A stretch of DNA of 64,000 nt. Source: a virus. Below the pieces are notes generated by a model. That model was not told where the DNA came from. It searched no databases and saw only the letters and a list, made by a program, of their open reading frames with translations. A program made the translations under genes and the position numbers. The DNA lies in IMG/VR virus record IMGVR_UViG_3300013104_000005, positions 4,464 through 68,463 of that record. One strand, written 5' to 3'. Shown piece after piece: positions 1 to 9,628 of this stretch; position 1 is the stretch's first letter, and each line of letters begins with the position of its first letter.

Positions 1-2208
1 AAACCGCGCGATGTCCTCTGGCTGCGGGATCAGTCGGCTGAGCGCTTCGATGCCGGTTATGCCCAATTCTGACAGAAGTTTCCCCATGCCGGGGTTACAG
101 AGCCAGATAGATCTAACTCGAGCTCGAAAGCTAGCACTAGCAGCTTTGGTGATGCGGACGACTCCTTCGCTACGCGTGCTTGATAGCGCGTCGATGAGAC
201 TTGCACGGTGACTTCGTCCCCCTTGGAACTCGTCCAAGCAGACGATCCCTCCATCCTGTTGAGGATAGAGGCCAGCAAGGACGTATCTCTCTCCAGTGTT
301 CGGGGAGCTAACCACTGATCCGAGGATGCCTGCGACAGTCTGGAGTTTGCAATCCACCAGAAGTCCAAGACTGTAAAATCCAGCCATCCGTCGGAAAGTG
401 GCGGACTTTCCGCAACGAGTGTCCCCCAGGACAACGGCTTCAATCCAACCGCGAAGTACATCAGATCCACCAAAGCGATAGGAGAGTACGGAATGCCACA
501 CGGTACGATAAGCAAGGTGTAGGTCCTCCCTGTCGCGGATCATCGTGACCGACGCCGCGAGGTCTCGGGCCACCGCACGGAGCTTAGCCATGCACGTCTC
601 GTCCGATTGTGGCTGGAAGATCTCGAGCATCTCTTGCACTGGCGGGGTGATCTCAAAGTTGTCAAACGTGGTGGCGCTGGGCGTGAAACGGTCGATGAGA
701 AAGATGGCCGCCTGTGTCTTGGGCTCGGGGTAAACGAAGCCCTCGAGCACGTAGTCACGGTTCTCCTCCAGGTGGCTAGGCCCATTGAGCATGATGAGCG
801 CCTCGCGGCGCTGGCGTTCGTTGTCTTGCGTGCCGTCGCCGATCTCTGCGGCAGACGCGTTGAGGATAACGGGCTCGATGTTCACAGCCCGCTCTGTCTC
901 TGCCGTGACGTCTGGGCACATCGTAGGGATGCCGTGCCGAGCTTTGTAGACGTCGAGCTGCTCCTTCTGCGTGCTGCGGATGAGCTTCAGCGTGTCACCC
1001 GCTCGGGGGTCGTGGTTGAACCGCGCGTTCCCGTGAAACTCGGTCCGCATCGGACAGCGAGGACAATAGGGGTGACCCCCAGCTGGGCAGGTCAGCACGA
1101 TGGTGGTCGGCAGGATGAATCGCTTCTCCGACCGCGCGGTGAGCCGAGCTGCGAAGGCCAGGCGCCTGCGGAGGTTGTCCGATGAGAGTGCGGTAGAGAA
1201 TGACTGCGTGTCTGCTGGCTGGTCGAAGACGTCGTGCGGGGTCTCTACCTGCGCAGCTGTCTGCAGTAGCTCGCTGAACATGCGCTGCTGCTGCTCCAGC
1301 GTCACGCCCTCGTTCCGTAGGTAGAGTAGGTAGTCGCTGATGTCAGCGTTCCTGGGGCGGTTGGGCCACTGCGGAAGCGTGACTATCCTAACTTCGGTGG
1401 CCGACGGCCGCAGGATGCGGATGGCTTCGCCGACTGCCTCCTGGCCCTTGGTGTCGATGTCGAAGAGGACGTAGATGATCTTGCCGCGGTGCCACAAACC
1501 TTCAGGTACCGGCATCGACGCGCCCATCATGCCGCTGATGCCGGTGACGCCGATAGACCGCAGCGAGATAGCGTCGGCCTCACCCTCTACCAGCACCAAC
1601 ACCGGCTCTTCATAAGCAGACACCGGCCACAAGAAGTTACTGGTAAGGTGCGGCAACAGCCACAGTATCTTGGGTTGCCCACCCGGGCGATACATCCTGC
1701 AGTTAACGATGTGGCGGTGTCGATCGTAGACTGGGATGACGAACCGGTCGGTCTCTGCATCGTAGCCGATGTTGAGGTGATAGAGTTGCGCCGGGTCCCA
1801 TGGCTTGTACTGCTGTAGGTGGTACTGCAGCGACTGGTTCTGCCAGAGAGTGTCTCGACACGCAGCGACCCAGCCCAGGTCGATGGCCTGCACCAGGCCC
1901 AGCTCTTGCATCAGCTGGCGTTCAGCAGCGCCGTAATCGGGGATAGCTAGACCGCGGTCGTCGAACTCGGTCGCGTCCATCAGCGCTCGGAACATGACAT
2001 AGTCGCCGCCACGGTCCGAGTTGAAGCAGTGCCACACGCCCTCGATGATGTTTACCGAGAAGGAGGGCCGCGTGTCAATTACATCCGGGAAGGGCGACCT
2101 CGCCGCCCGCTCTCCACGTGCACTAGGGCGAGAGAGACCCTGTACGTGTTGTTCATAAAGCTGTTCCCACCCAATCCGCTCTAAAGCCTGCCTTAGTTCT
2201 CGGTTCAT
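1..2208 (-). CDS. TOPRIM DNA primase fused to MCM-family AAA+ helicase (C-terminus runs off the window)
   Basis: Manually translated open frame from ATG 2208 to base 1; absent from the ORF track because there is no stop. N-terminal SFSVNIIEGVWHCF (degenerate primase Zn-binding domain), TOPRIM LVEGEADAIS and VLFDID, Cys cluster CPAGGHPYCPRC, Walker A GDTRCGKS, DGGIVCLDEF (Walker B), ARVRSIWLCNP (sensor 1), IARF (Arg finger). Confidence 0.85.
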   Translation of the reverse strand, partial: MNRELRQALERIGWEQLYEQHVQGLSRPSARGERAARSPFPDVIDTRPSFSVNIIEGVWHCFNSDRGGDYVMFRALMDATEFDDRGLAIPDYGAAERQLMQELGLVQAIDLGWVAACRDTLWQNQSLQYHLQQYKPWDPAQLYHLNIGYDAETDRFVIPVYDRHRHIVNCRMYRPGGQPKILWLLPHLTSNFLWPVSAYEEPVLVLVEGEADAISLRSIGVTGISGMMGASMPVPEGLWHRGKIIYVLFDIDTKGQEAVGEAIRILRPSATEVRIVTLPQWPNRPRNADISDYLLYLRNEGVTLEQQQRMFSELLQTAAQVETPHDVFDQPADTQSFSTALSSDNLRRRLAFAARLTARSEKRFILPTTIVLTCPAGGHPYCPRCPMRTEFHGNARFNHDPRAGDTLKLIRSTQKEQLDVYKARHGIPTMCPDVTAETERAVNIEPVILNASAAEIGDGTQDNERQRREALIMLNGPSHLEENRDYVLEGFVYPEPKTQAAIFLIDRFTPSATTFDNFEITPPVQEMLEIFQPQSDETCMAKLRAVARDLAASVTMIRDREDLHLAYRTVWHSVLSYRFGGSDVLRGWIEAVVLGDTRCGKSATFRRMAGFYSLGLLVDCKLQTVAGILGSVVSSPNTGERYVLAGLYPQQDGGIVCLDEFQGGRSHRASLIDALSSTRSEGVVRITKAASASFRARVRSIWLCNPGMGKLLSELGITGIEALSRLIPQPEDIARF

Positions 2209-2280
2209 GTCTGCCTTCAGGCGAGGGGTGGAGGCAGCTCCCGCCTACCTCCACCGGATGGTTGTAACGCCTGGAGCAGT

Positions 2281-3168
2281 TTACGTCCAGTTAGGCTGGG
2301 GCGTGCCCTCGCTGGCAGCGGCCGAGAGACCTGGGGTCTCGTAACCCTCTGCGTAGCCGCCGTTCACTTTGTTCTGGATGGCGCCGTTGTAGAGGTCGTG
2401 CTTGATGCGGAACCGCACGACGTAGTCCTTGAAGTCCTGAGGACCCTGGCCGATGAACTTAGCGCCGTCGGGATCAAGGAGATCACACGCTTTGGCGAGG
2501 CTCTTGAACTTCCACATCGAAGCCTCGGTCAGCACCACGCGGTCCCAGAGCTTGGTGCCGGCGAACTCGGTGGGAAAGGTCACCTTCAGCGTGAGCTTCA
2601 GCATTGGGTTGCCGTTCTGCGAGCGCTCGGGGTCGACCGCCTGGATCTCGGCTTCGTAGTCGAGCTCCTCGGGCAAGACGCGGTACTGACCAGCCACCAC
2701 GCCCGAGAGGTCGATCTGGCTAAGGTCAATGCCGAGTCCAACGCCACCTCCGGCCGCGGCTCCGCCCATCATCGCGCCCATCTGCTGGTCAAGCTCTGTA
2801 GGCGCCTCGCCAGGTGCCTGAGGAGTTTGTGCCTGAGCGGCCCCGGCGAAAGGATCAGCTGGGGGTGTAGGTTGAGCGATCGGCTGAGGCTGAGCCTGAG
2901 GAGCAGGCTGAGGCTGTGCTGTGACGCCCGGAAGGGGCGGCATCGCGGCCGGTTGTACCGGTGCAGGCCTCGGCGCTGGCGCAGGAGCGGCAGCAGCGAG
3001 CGGTGTCTGCACGACTGGCGCAGCGAGTGAGACCGGCGCTGGGATCGGCTGCGGTGCAGGGATCGGCGCTGGCGTGGGTACCGCAACTGGAGCAGCGGGC
3101 TGCGGTGGAACCGCAACTGGTGCCGCTGGCTGAGCTGGCGGTTGTGACGGGGGTCCTGCCTTGGGCAT
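2281..3168 (-). CDS. DUF669-like phage ssDNA-binding protein with long Pro/Ala/Gln-rich N-terminus
   Basis: C-terminal YEAEIQAV..SQNGNPMLKLTLKV..KLWDRVVLTEASMWKF; lies next to a Sak4-like ATPase; SD AGGAGG before ATG 3168. Confidence 0.7.
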   Translation of the reverse strand: MPKAGPPSQPPAQPAAPVAVPPQPAAPVAVPTPAPIPAPQPIPAPVSLAAPVVQTPLAAAAPAPAPRPAPVQPAAMPPLPGVTAQPQPAPQAQPQPIAQPTPPADPFAGAAQAQTPQAPGEAPTELDQQMGAMMGGAAAGGGVGLGIDLSQIDLSGVVAGQYRVLPEELDYEAEIQAVDPERSQNGNPMLKLTLKVTFPTEFAGTKLWDRVVLTEASMWKFKSLAKACDLLDPDGAKFIGQGPQDFKDYVVRFRIKHDLYNGAIQNKVNGGYAEGYETPGLSAAASEGTPQPNWT

Positions 3169-3179
3169 GACTTCCTCCT

Positions 3180-3944
3180 TCACCCAGTGGTCTGGGTGGG
3201 AACGAGCGCCGTAGTCATCGACTGGTTGATCTTGTCGAAGATGGCGTCTATGTTGGGTAACTCGTACCGCTCTAAGCAGCTGAACCGATCCTTAGCGTGT
3301 GACCACTGATCCCGCTGGGTCAAAAGCCATCGGTCGATCTGCTGCACGTTTGTACCGTCCGCTTGTTTAACTAGCCGCTCGAACAGTACAAATCTGAAGA
3401 CAGAGGAGAAAGCGCGGCCGTACTCCTCTTTGTAAGCTCCCTTGAAGGCGGGCATGTACATTGTCCTGCCGTAGTACGCGTCTTCCTTTTGCATCTCGTG
3501 ACACAGGAAGATGACGTGCTGAGGGAGTTGCTTGAGGTTGCGGGTCACTGCGTCCATGAGGTTCAGGACGATGCCCCACTCCCGCTGAGAGGCGACCTGC
3601 ACCTTAGCGAGGTCACAGACCTGCTGGAGCAAGGTTCGCTGAAACTCGGTAGCGGTATCCAGCACCACCAAATCGTACTTCGACTTGTTGCTTATCAGGT
3701 ACTGGTAACCGCTGATGAACTCTGCCTGGCTCGGTGTGGGCCAGACAGTGACCAGGTCATCGCGTAACCCGTGACGGAGGATGTGGCGGCGAGCGCTGAC
3801 CATGCCGATGTCAGCGTCGAAGATGAAGGTCCTCATCCGCTGGGACGTAGCCGCAAAGATCGTCTTACCGACCCCAGTGGGCCCGTAGACCAGGGCCATG
3901 ACCTTGGGGTCGACGATCGCAGAGAGTGAGATAGCTGGCATCAA
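3180..3944 (-). CDS. AAA_24 / Sak4-like ATPase (single-strand annealing protein)
   Basis: ALVYGPTGVGKT, DLVVLDTATE, HVIFLCHE, AKDR motifs. Confidence 0.8.
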   Translation of the reverse strand: MMPAISLSAIVDPKVMALVYGPTGVGKTIFAATSQRMRTFIFDADIGMVSARRHILRHGLRDDLVTVWPTPSQAEFISGYQYLISNKSKYDLVVLDTATEFQRTLLQQVCDLAKVQVASQREWGIVLNLMDAVTRNLKQLPQHVIFLCHEMQKEDAYYGRTMYMPAFKGAYKEEYGRAFSSVFRFVLFERLVKQADGTNVQQIDRWLLTQRDQWSHAKDRFSCLERYELPNIDAIFDKINQSMTTALVPTQTTG

Positions 3945-4171
3945 CTGGCCTCCACCGTGTTGAAGAAGGTAACGATGTGGGCCAGCATCTCTGCGCGGGA
4001 TTCCGCGTTGTCATTACCGCGGTCTTGGTAAGCGAATGTCTTACCTGTGCCCATCTCGGTTACTAGGTACCCGTTAACTGTCCGACTGATGCGCACCGTG
4101 TTGCGATTACGCTCACGCTGCAACCTCGAAGTTTGAGAAGGGGTATACCCCTGTGTGGTCGTGTCTGGCAT
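3941..4171 (-). CDS. hypothetical protein
   Basis: ORF downstream of a sigma70 promoter; 4-bp overlap with the next gene. Confidence 0.65.
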   Translation of the reverse strand: MPDTTTQGYTPSQTSRLQRERNRNTVRISRTVNGYLVTEMGTGKTFAYQDRGNDNAESRAEMLAHIVTFFNTVEAS

Positions 4172-4245
4172 TGAGCACGCCTTTCTGATAGAAGATGCCT
4201 GGAAACTACAGGAACCGCCGGGGATGATGCAGATGAGGTGATACT

Positions 4246-4274
4246 ATTGTATCACAATGTATTCATCCTGTCAA
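4246..4274 (-). promoter_or_regulatory. sigma70-type promoter TTGACA-17-TACAAT with extended -10 TG
   Basis: tgtcaa 4269-4274 and attgta 4246-4251 on the + strand. Confidence 0.75.
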
Positions 4275-5995
4275 GGCCCAGAAACGGTGTGAGGAGCTAA
4301 CCTTTCAGCAAGCGATTCCTTTCTATCGAGCGCGGCATAGACCTGTTCGTCGATGGTCCCAGCTGCTACCAGCTGGATATACCTCACCGCGCCCTCACGA
4401 CCCTGCCGGTGAGATCTATCCTCCGACTGGGTATGTTCTATGTATGACCAGGTGGGCGAGTGATAGATGTGGTAGTCGGCCGCCTGGAGGTTTTGTCCAA
4501 ACGCCATCTTCTGATACTGACACACCATCACCTGCACCCCACCCAACTCGCGCGCGTTAAAGGAGGCTTTCGCCACCTCTAAGTCTGCGGTGGTAGTCCC
4601 ACCGTGTGCCGCGAAAGCGGTACCACTACTCCCCAGGACCTCGGTTAGCGCGGCCTGGATGCGGTCGATCTCGGGACGAAACCTACACCAGATGAGTACC
4701 CGAGTCTGAGGGTATTCGAGCAGGTTATCCTTGGCCCAGTTGATGAGCCAGTTTACCTTCGGGTCTGGGAGTGGCTCAAGCGTGTTGCACACTGCCTCCT
4801 CGCCCAGGCCGAAGGTCGAGTGCAGCATCGGCCGATGTCCCCCGGCTATCTGCTGCAAGCGTAACTTCACCACTCGCTCGTCGTTGAGCGACATCGGGTT
4901 GCCGAGGGCAAACTCACCGTTGACCGCAACGTCGTTGTACAAGGCTCTGGTGCTCTCGGGCAGTTGCAGCGAGATCCTTTGGTATTGCTTGGGCGGCAGT
5001 TGTAAGCAAGTCTCCTTAGTAGCGCGGTACCAGACACGCTCCAGCTCTCGCATGAGCCCGATGGGGTCAAGGCACCCGACCGGCTTCTGCACCTCTCGAA
5101 AATGACCTGACCGGGTCGGCACCGACACGTTAATCATGCGGGCGTAGCGCTGCATGAACTCCCAGTAGGGCATCGCTAGCTCGGGCCGCAGCAGCTTGAG
5201 CTGGCTCCAGAGGTCTCCGACGTCATTGCCGATGGGTGTGCCAGACATGAGGAGCACGTGCGCGGCGTTAGGCGTGAGGGCCAGCGCGGCCTTGGTAACC
5301 TGGGCAGAGCGAGCCTTCAAGCGGTGGCTTTCGTCGAAGATGAAGCAGTCTGGGCGGAAGGCGTTGACGGCTGAGGCCAGGCTGTAGAGCACGTCGTAGT
5401 TCAGGATGGCTGCGGTGTGAGTGGTCTTGCTCAGGTTCCTCAGCTGAGCGTCACGTGACTGGATAGACGCGCTGTCGAGCGGGATGGGCTGCAGCAAGCC
5501 GCTGGCCGGTTCAAAGACCTTATCGTGCTCTAAGACCCACTCAGGCACAACCGACTTGGGCGCCACGATCAGTACCCGCTGACAGCGCCAGAGGTGAGCG
5601 AGCACCCACCCTGCGGCGGTCTTGCCGGTGCCCATCTGGGAGGCGTTGAAGGCGGCTCGCTGCTTACTGACCAGGGCCATGAACTCCAGTTGGTGCGGCA
5701 GGAGCGCGCGGCGCAGCGGTAGTTCACGCGCGATCCGCGCCTCTACCTCACGCGTATCCACGGCCATCACCGCGCGGCGAGCCTGTCGGTACGCGTCGCT
5801 GACGTTCTCCGGGATCGACAGTGCCTCGAGCGACAGGACATTCAGCCGGGTGAGGGGCATGGACACGAAGGGCGGGTGTCCCACCCACCGTTGGGCCCGC
5901 TCCATCCGCTCGAGCGCCTGTAGCTGCGGCTCACTGCCGCGCACGCACACCAGCCGAGTGTCTGGGTCATAGGTTAACTGGTAAGGCTGCAGCAT
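4271..5995 (-). CDS. SNF2-family helicase/ATPase
   Basis: LLPHQ, MGTGKT, DESH, MSGTP, QSEDRSHRQG motifs. Confidence 0.9.
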   Translation of the reverse strand: MLQPYQLTYDPDTRLVCVRGSEPQLQALERMERAQRWVGHPPFVSMPLTRLNVLSLEALSIPENVSDAYRQARRAVMAVDTREVEARIARELPLRRALLPHQLEFMALVSKQRAAFNASQMGTGKTAAGWVLAHLWRCQRVLIVAPKSVVPEWVLEHDKVFEPASGLLQPIPLDSASIQSRDAQLRNLSKTTHTAAILNYDVLYSLASAVNAFRPDCFIFDESHRLKARSAQVTKAALALTPNAAHVLLMSGTPIGNDVGDLWSQLKLLRPELAMPYWEFMQRYARMINVSVPTRSGHFREVQKPVGCLDPIGLMRELERVWYRATKETCLQLPPKQYQRISLQLPESTRALYNDVAVNGEFALGNPMSLNDERVVKLRLQQIAGGHRPMLHSTFGLGEEAVCNTLEPLPDPKVNWLINWAKDNLLEYPQTRVLIWCRFRPEIDRIQAALTEVLGSSGTAFAAHGGTTTADLEVAKASFNARELGGVQVMVCQYQKMAFGQNLQAADYHIYHSPTWSYIEHTQSEDRSHRQGREGAVRYIQLVAAGTIDEQVYAALDRKESLAERLAPHTVSGP

Positions 5996-5997
5996 TG

Positions 5998-6240
5998 TTA
6001 CCTCAAGAATTCAGCGGGTGAAAGGTTAGCGATGTCTGCGTCGCTGTCGCCGCTGCCGTCAGCGGGTAGACCGTCAAGTCCTACCTCCTTTGCCTCGGCG
6101 TCAGCGTCGGGGTTGTAGTGGTTGACGTTGTACGCCTTAGCCGCGGCGCCGGTATAAGTGTCGAAGAGAAAGGGCTTGCCGGTAGCGTCCATGCACCACT
6201 GACCGCCGACCCACACGCCGTATGTCTTGTCTTCCATCAA
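5998..6240 (-). CDS. hypothetical protein
   Basis: Tightly packed ORF with GGAGG SD. Confidence 0.6.
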   Translation of the reverse strand: MMEDKTYGVWVGGQWCMDATGKPFLFDTYTGAAAKAYNVNHYNPDADAEAKEVGLDGLPADGSGDSDADIANLSPAEFLR

Positions 6241-6464
6241 GCACCTCCTCTACTTTGCTTCTTCCAAATCTCGGGTTCAACCATAGCCCTAACGCCACCT
6301 GGCCTCGTCCTGTTGTCGTAGTCAAGGTCGACTACAACCGACCCGCAGTTTCTACACCACCTGACCACCGCTTCTCCATACGAGAGGCGACTGGCGTGTA
6401 TCGCCACGAGGTAGTGTTCGCCGTTATTACACTTAAGCATCTTGACCGTCCTCACGCCACGCAC
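6237..6464 (-). CDS. small hypothetical protein (CxxC, possible Zn ribbon)
   Basis: VVRWCRNCGSVVVD; overlaps its neighbours. Confidence 0.55.
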   Translation of the reverse strand: MRGVRTVKMLKCNNGEHYLVAIHASRLSYGEAVVRWCRNCGSVVVDLDYDNRTRPGGVRAMVEPEIWKKQSRGGA

Positions 6465-6690
6465 TCACGAGCAGCTGAGCGGCTTCACACGGTTTGCCCT
6501 GCGCCTTCATGCCCGGCTTAACTTCGAGGAGAGCCCGAATACCGGGACGCACGTACCCGCACACCCAGCCCTCCCGAGAGTTGGTCAGAAACCTACACGT
6601 GTCTGCGCCCTGCAGCAGCCGACACCGAGACTTTACGATCTCGTTATTGAGCTGAAGTACTTCCTCCATCGCCCACCTCCTTTGGTTCAC
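6433..6690 (-). CDS. small Cys-containing hypothetical protein
   Basis: Packed ORF; the true start is probably the MEEVLQ Met. Confidence 0.5.
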   Translation of the reverse strand: MNQRRWAMEEVLQLNNEIVKSRCRLLQGADTCRFLTNSREGWVCGYVRPGIRALLEVKPGMKAQGKPCEAAQLLVSAWREDGQDA

Positions 6691-7054
6691 GGTCTATCGG
6701 TAGTACCCAATTGTGAGGAGACAGCTGCTTGAACCCACACGCAACGCACCAGGGCTCAGACAGCTCGTTAACAAAGCCGGTGACCACCTCAGAGGTGGTA
6801 GTGTACGCCCCTACTAAAAACTCCAGCAGGCGAGTAGCGACCTTCATGCGGCGGAACTCTTCGTGCACGTAGATGTTAAGGATGGCCACCCTGTCCGCGA
6901 CCTCGTGTCGGTACCACATGACGCCGATGGGCATGGGAAAGTCTGGGTGGATATACTCTACGGTACAGGTCCCGGGGATGCTGGTATCATTGTGCGTTAT
7001 GCGCGGTCTATTATCGCGTAATCGTTGCCGAGCATAGTCAAACTCTGGGTCCAT
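6644..7054 (-). CDS. GNAT-family acetyltransferase
   Basis: ILNIYVHEEFRRMKVATRLL (motif A) and C-terminal ACGF. Confidence 0.75.
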   Translation of the reverse strand: MDPEFDYARQRLRDNRPRITHNDTSIPGTCTVEYIHPDFPMPIGVMWYRHEVADRVAILNIYVHEEFRRMKVATRLLEFLVGAYTTTSEVVTGFVNELSEPWCVACGFKQLSPHNWVLPIDREPKEVGDGGSTSAQ

Positions 7055-7064
7055 GATGTGTACC

Positions 7065-7511
7065 TTACAGGAAGATCTTTGAGCCTACCTCAAAGCTTTT
7101 TTGGTTGAACTTGTTCTTTACCGCCGTGCCGAGGTCGATGCCTGCCCTGGCCGCGAGTAAGTCGGCGTAGAGCACCAGGTCGGCGAGCTCCTCGGCCAAG
7201 CTGCTCAGCAGCTCTTCTCGGTCATCCTCACCGGGCTTGATGACTCCGGGCGCCTGTCCCTGGGGGTCCTCTAAGCGGCGCAGCTTCTTCACGAAGTTAA
7301 GCGCCTCGCCGCACTCGCCGCCCATCGCGGTAGCCCAGTCAGTCAAGGTCCAGCGCTCGAGCTTGTGGAACGTCTGCTCGCAGCGGCCTACGTTGGCCTG
7401 ACGTAACTTGCCGAAGTTGATAGAGTCCTCTTCGTCTGCTTCCCAGTACACCTGACCCCAGCTTGAGAGTTTATACGGCATGACCCACTTCCTCTCTATG
7501 TCAGTCCACAT
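7065..7511 (-). CDS. MazG-like nucleotide pyrophosphohydrolase
   Basis: GGECGEALNFVKK...LAEELADLVLYADLLA...KNKFN. Confidence 0.8.
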   Translation of the reverse strand: MWTDIERKWVMPYKLSSWGQVYWEADEEDSINFGKLRQANVGRCEQTFHKLERWTLTDWATAMGGECGEALNFVKKLRRLEDPQGQAPGVIKPGEDDREELLSSLAEELADLVLYADLLAARAGIDLGTAVKNKFNQKSFEVGSKIFL

Positions 7512-8001
7512 GTTGATAAGACACCAGCCACGCCACGTCCCGACGGACCGTAGCGAGTAGGAACGCTCGAGCGTTAGACCTGAGCGTTAACACGCCGAAC
7601 TGACCCTGGTCTAGCTGCTTGACGGTGGCCGGTGCGGCGTTGAGCCACAGCCGGTAGGTCCAGGTAGGGTGGTTATACAGGAAGGTCACGAGCTTCATCC
7701 ACTGCATGTATTCGAGCAGGTGGCACGACCAGGGAAACACCAGCGACAGGTAGTGTCCTGGCTGCTGGGTGTCTTCGCACTGATAGTCTTGGTGAGCCCA
7801 CTGGTCGTCGGTGCCGTTGATGACCTCGTGCACGTAGCGGTCGGCAGCGGGAGCGAAGGGAGGCAAGACACGAGGCCTCACAAAGTCCTCGGTCTCGCCT
7901 ACCATGTACCAGCCTCGCTGTAGGCCCACCGCGATGTCATCCCACGCCACCCGCTGGGCCAACCTGCCCAGGCTGTGACTGTCGAGGTTGGCGAGGTTCA
8001 T
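7501..8001 (-). CDS. hypothetical protein
   Basis: 166-aa ORF within the operon. Confidence 0.6.
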   Translation of the reverse strand: MNLANLDSHSLGRLAQRVAWDDIAVGLQRGWYMVGETEDFVRPRVLPPFAPAADRYVHEVINGTDDQWAHQDYQCEDTQQPGHYLSLVFPWSCHLLEYMQWMKLVTFLYNHPTWTYRLWLNAAPATVKQLDQGQFGVLTLRSNARAFLLATVRRDVAWLVSYQHVD

Positions 8002-8234
8002 CGTGCGGCGGGACGCTGTAGCTTGTCGCTGATGGCCTCGCGCACGAAGTCGGCGTACTTCAAGTTACGCCGCTTACACTCCGACTCTACCGCCACCTTC
8101 AAGGTCTCGGTAACCCTGACTGGGGGCAATAGTCCTCGCTTTCGCGGGTGGACGATGGGTGTAGAGCTGAGCCGGATGGGCGTGCCTATATCTACCTGAC
8201 TGGTTCTTACGCTGATACCTGGCATGTTTGCCAC
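7998..8234 (-). CDS. ribbon-helix-helix-like DNA-binding protein
   Basis: PPVRVTETLKVAVESECKRRNLKYADFVREAISDKL fits the RHH pattern. Confidence 0.6.
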   Translation of the reverse strand: MANMPGISVRTSQVDIGTPIRLSSTPIVHPRKRGLLPPVRVTETLKVAVESECKRRNLKYADFVREAISDKLQRPAAR

Positions 8235-8237
8235 CTT

Positions 8238-8645
8238 TCATGGTTGAAGCTTTGGCCAGAACAGCGGCTCGTTAGTGACGCTGGCCCAGTCAAACTGTTG
8301 ATAGTGCGGTTGACGCAGCTGCAGCAGGAGGTTGCGGTGCGAGACGTGCACCTTGGTATACAACCAAGGAGGAGCCGCTAAGTTCAGCGAGAAGATCCGC
8401 GGCGACAGCAGCTTACACACCTCGAGCAGTGGTCGCTCGTTACCCAACCGCTGGTAAGCGGCTGAAGCGCACTTGAAGAGCGACCACTCGTAACCTTGCC
8501 ACATGTAGGTCAGGGGGTCGGCCGGAGCCTTCCCCTGACACAAGGCCTTCAGCAACTTTACACTGTGCTCGGCGTGCTCTAAGAGGTCCTCTGGAGCGAG
8601 GCACGCCGCAGTACTGGTATAGTCGGCATAAGGTAGGTATATCAA
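8238..8645 (-). CDS. MSMEG_6728 / pyrimidine-dimer glycosylase-like protein (diverged)
   Basis: YLPYADY, MWQGYE, PPWL..HVSHRNLLL, PLFWP. The family's usual RLGKQRVE segment is not conserved. Confidence 0.6.
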   Translation of the reverse strand: MIYLPYADYTSTAACLAPEDLLEHAEHSVKLLKALCQGKAPADPLTYMWQGYEWSLFKCASAAYQRLGNERPLLEVCKLLSPRIFSLNLAAPPWLYTKVHVSHRNLLLQLRQPHYQQFDWASVTNEPLFWPKLQP

Positions 8646-8659
8646 ACTCTACTCCATTG

Positions 8660-9037
8660 CTACCTGACTGGTCGGTTAGGGTCATGGTTAGCCAGGGCGA
8701 ACAGCGTTCGCTGCTCCTCGGGCGTAGCGTTCCTTAATTTGGCCAGCGTATCTGCGCAGACGTCGATCCGCTGGGAGATGGGTGTACTGAGTCCCTTATA
8801 CTGGATGAACACCGTGCAGTTAACCGCGCGGTGGGGGTCCTGGGGGCAATGTCCGCCCCGCGGCACGAGCAGGTGCAACACATCCCGGTCAAGCCGCGAG
8901 ATGATGGTAGCCAGTAGGTAGCGCGGTAGGCCGAGTCCCTTGGCCTGGCGCCGGATATACTCCAGCTGCTCTACCGTCACCACCTTCGGTGGCTGCACCG
9001 CACTAGGGTCAGTGAGCCAAGAGGCCATCCTCGCCAT
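8660..9037 (-). CDS. hypothetical protein
   Basis: Packed ORF with SD. Confidence 0.6.
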   Translation of the reverse strand: MARMASWLTDPSAVQPPKVVTVEQLEYIRRQAKGLGLPRYLLATIISRLDRDVLHLLVPRGGHCPQDPHRAVNCTVFIQYKGLSTPISQRIDVCADTLAKLRNATPEEQRTLFALANHDPNRPVR

Positions 9038-9038
9038 G

Positions 9039-9353
9039 CTACTTCACCTCCGCAGAGCACTTGCTGCAGTCAAGCAGGTGTTCAGCCGCCCGCTTCCGCA
9101 TCTCGACGATGCGATCTGGTACGTCAAAGAAGATCAGCGCAAGCGTGCCCATCACCAGGCGGCCGTCAGCCGGGTTGAAGATCAGCAGTGGTTCACGGTG
9201 ACCTTCCTTCATGAGGGAGGCCACCGTCTGGCCTACGCGGATAGCGAGACCATGCTTACCATCGGCTATAAGCCGATAGACAATGTAGGACCAGTCACGC
9301 TCGCTGTGTAGCAAGGCGAGGCGAGATTCGTAAGGTTGGCGGTCGTCAGGCAT
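9039..9353 (-). CDS. hypothetical protein
   Basis: Start moved to MPDDRQ (GGAG SD). Confidence 0.55.
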   Translation of the reverse strand: MPDDRQPYESRLALLHSERDWSYIVYRLIADGKHGLAIRVGQTVASLMKEGHREPLLIFNPADGRLVMGTLALIFFDVPDRIVEMRKRAAEHLLDCSKCSAEVK

Positions 9354-9549
9354 TGTGCATCTCCATGTAGATCTGCTCAGTAAGATCTCCTGCCTGCACC
9401 TCGAGGTTAAGCTTGCTCTGGATGAGCTCAAGGCGTTCAGCGCGGCACCTGACGATCCGGGCCTTCTCGGCCAGGTCTTCTGCCTGCCTATGCAGCTCAG
9501 CACGTCGAGCGATGAGGGCTCTGGCCTTCTCGGTTAACGTTGTTGGCAT
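9346..9549 (-). CDS. small coiled-coil hypothetical protein
   Basis: MPTTLTEKARALIARRAEL; heptad-like pattern. Confidence 0.55.
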   Translation of the reverse strand: MPTTLTEKARALIARRAELHRQAEDLAEKARIVRCRAERLELIQSKLNLEVQAGDLTEQIYMEMHNA

Positions 9550-9562
9550 GGTCTGTCTTTCT

Positions 9563-9628
9563 GTAGACTGGGGCCTATTCCCCATAGCGTGACTTGCGCC
9601 ACGCTCGCACGAGTTGAACGCCGTCCAC
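9563..9628 (-). ncRNA. putative structured multi-hairpin RNA element
   Basis: Closing stem GUGGAC/GUCUAC encloses a T-loop-like GCG-UUCAACU-CGU, a GCAA-capped AGCGUGGC/GUCACGCU hairpin and a GGGG/CCCC hairpin. Confidence 0.4.
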
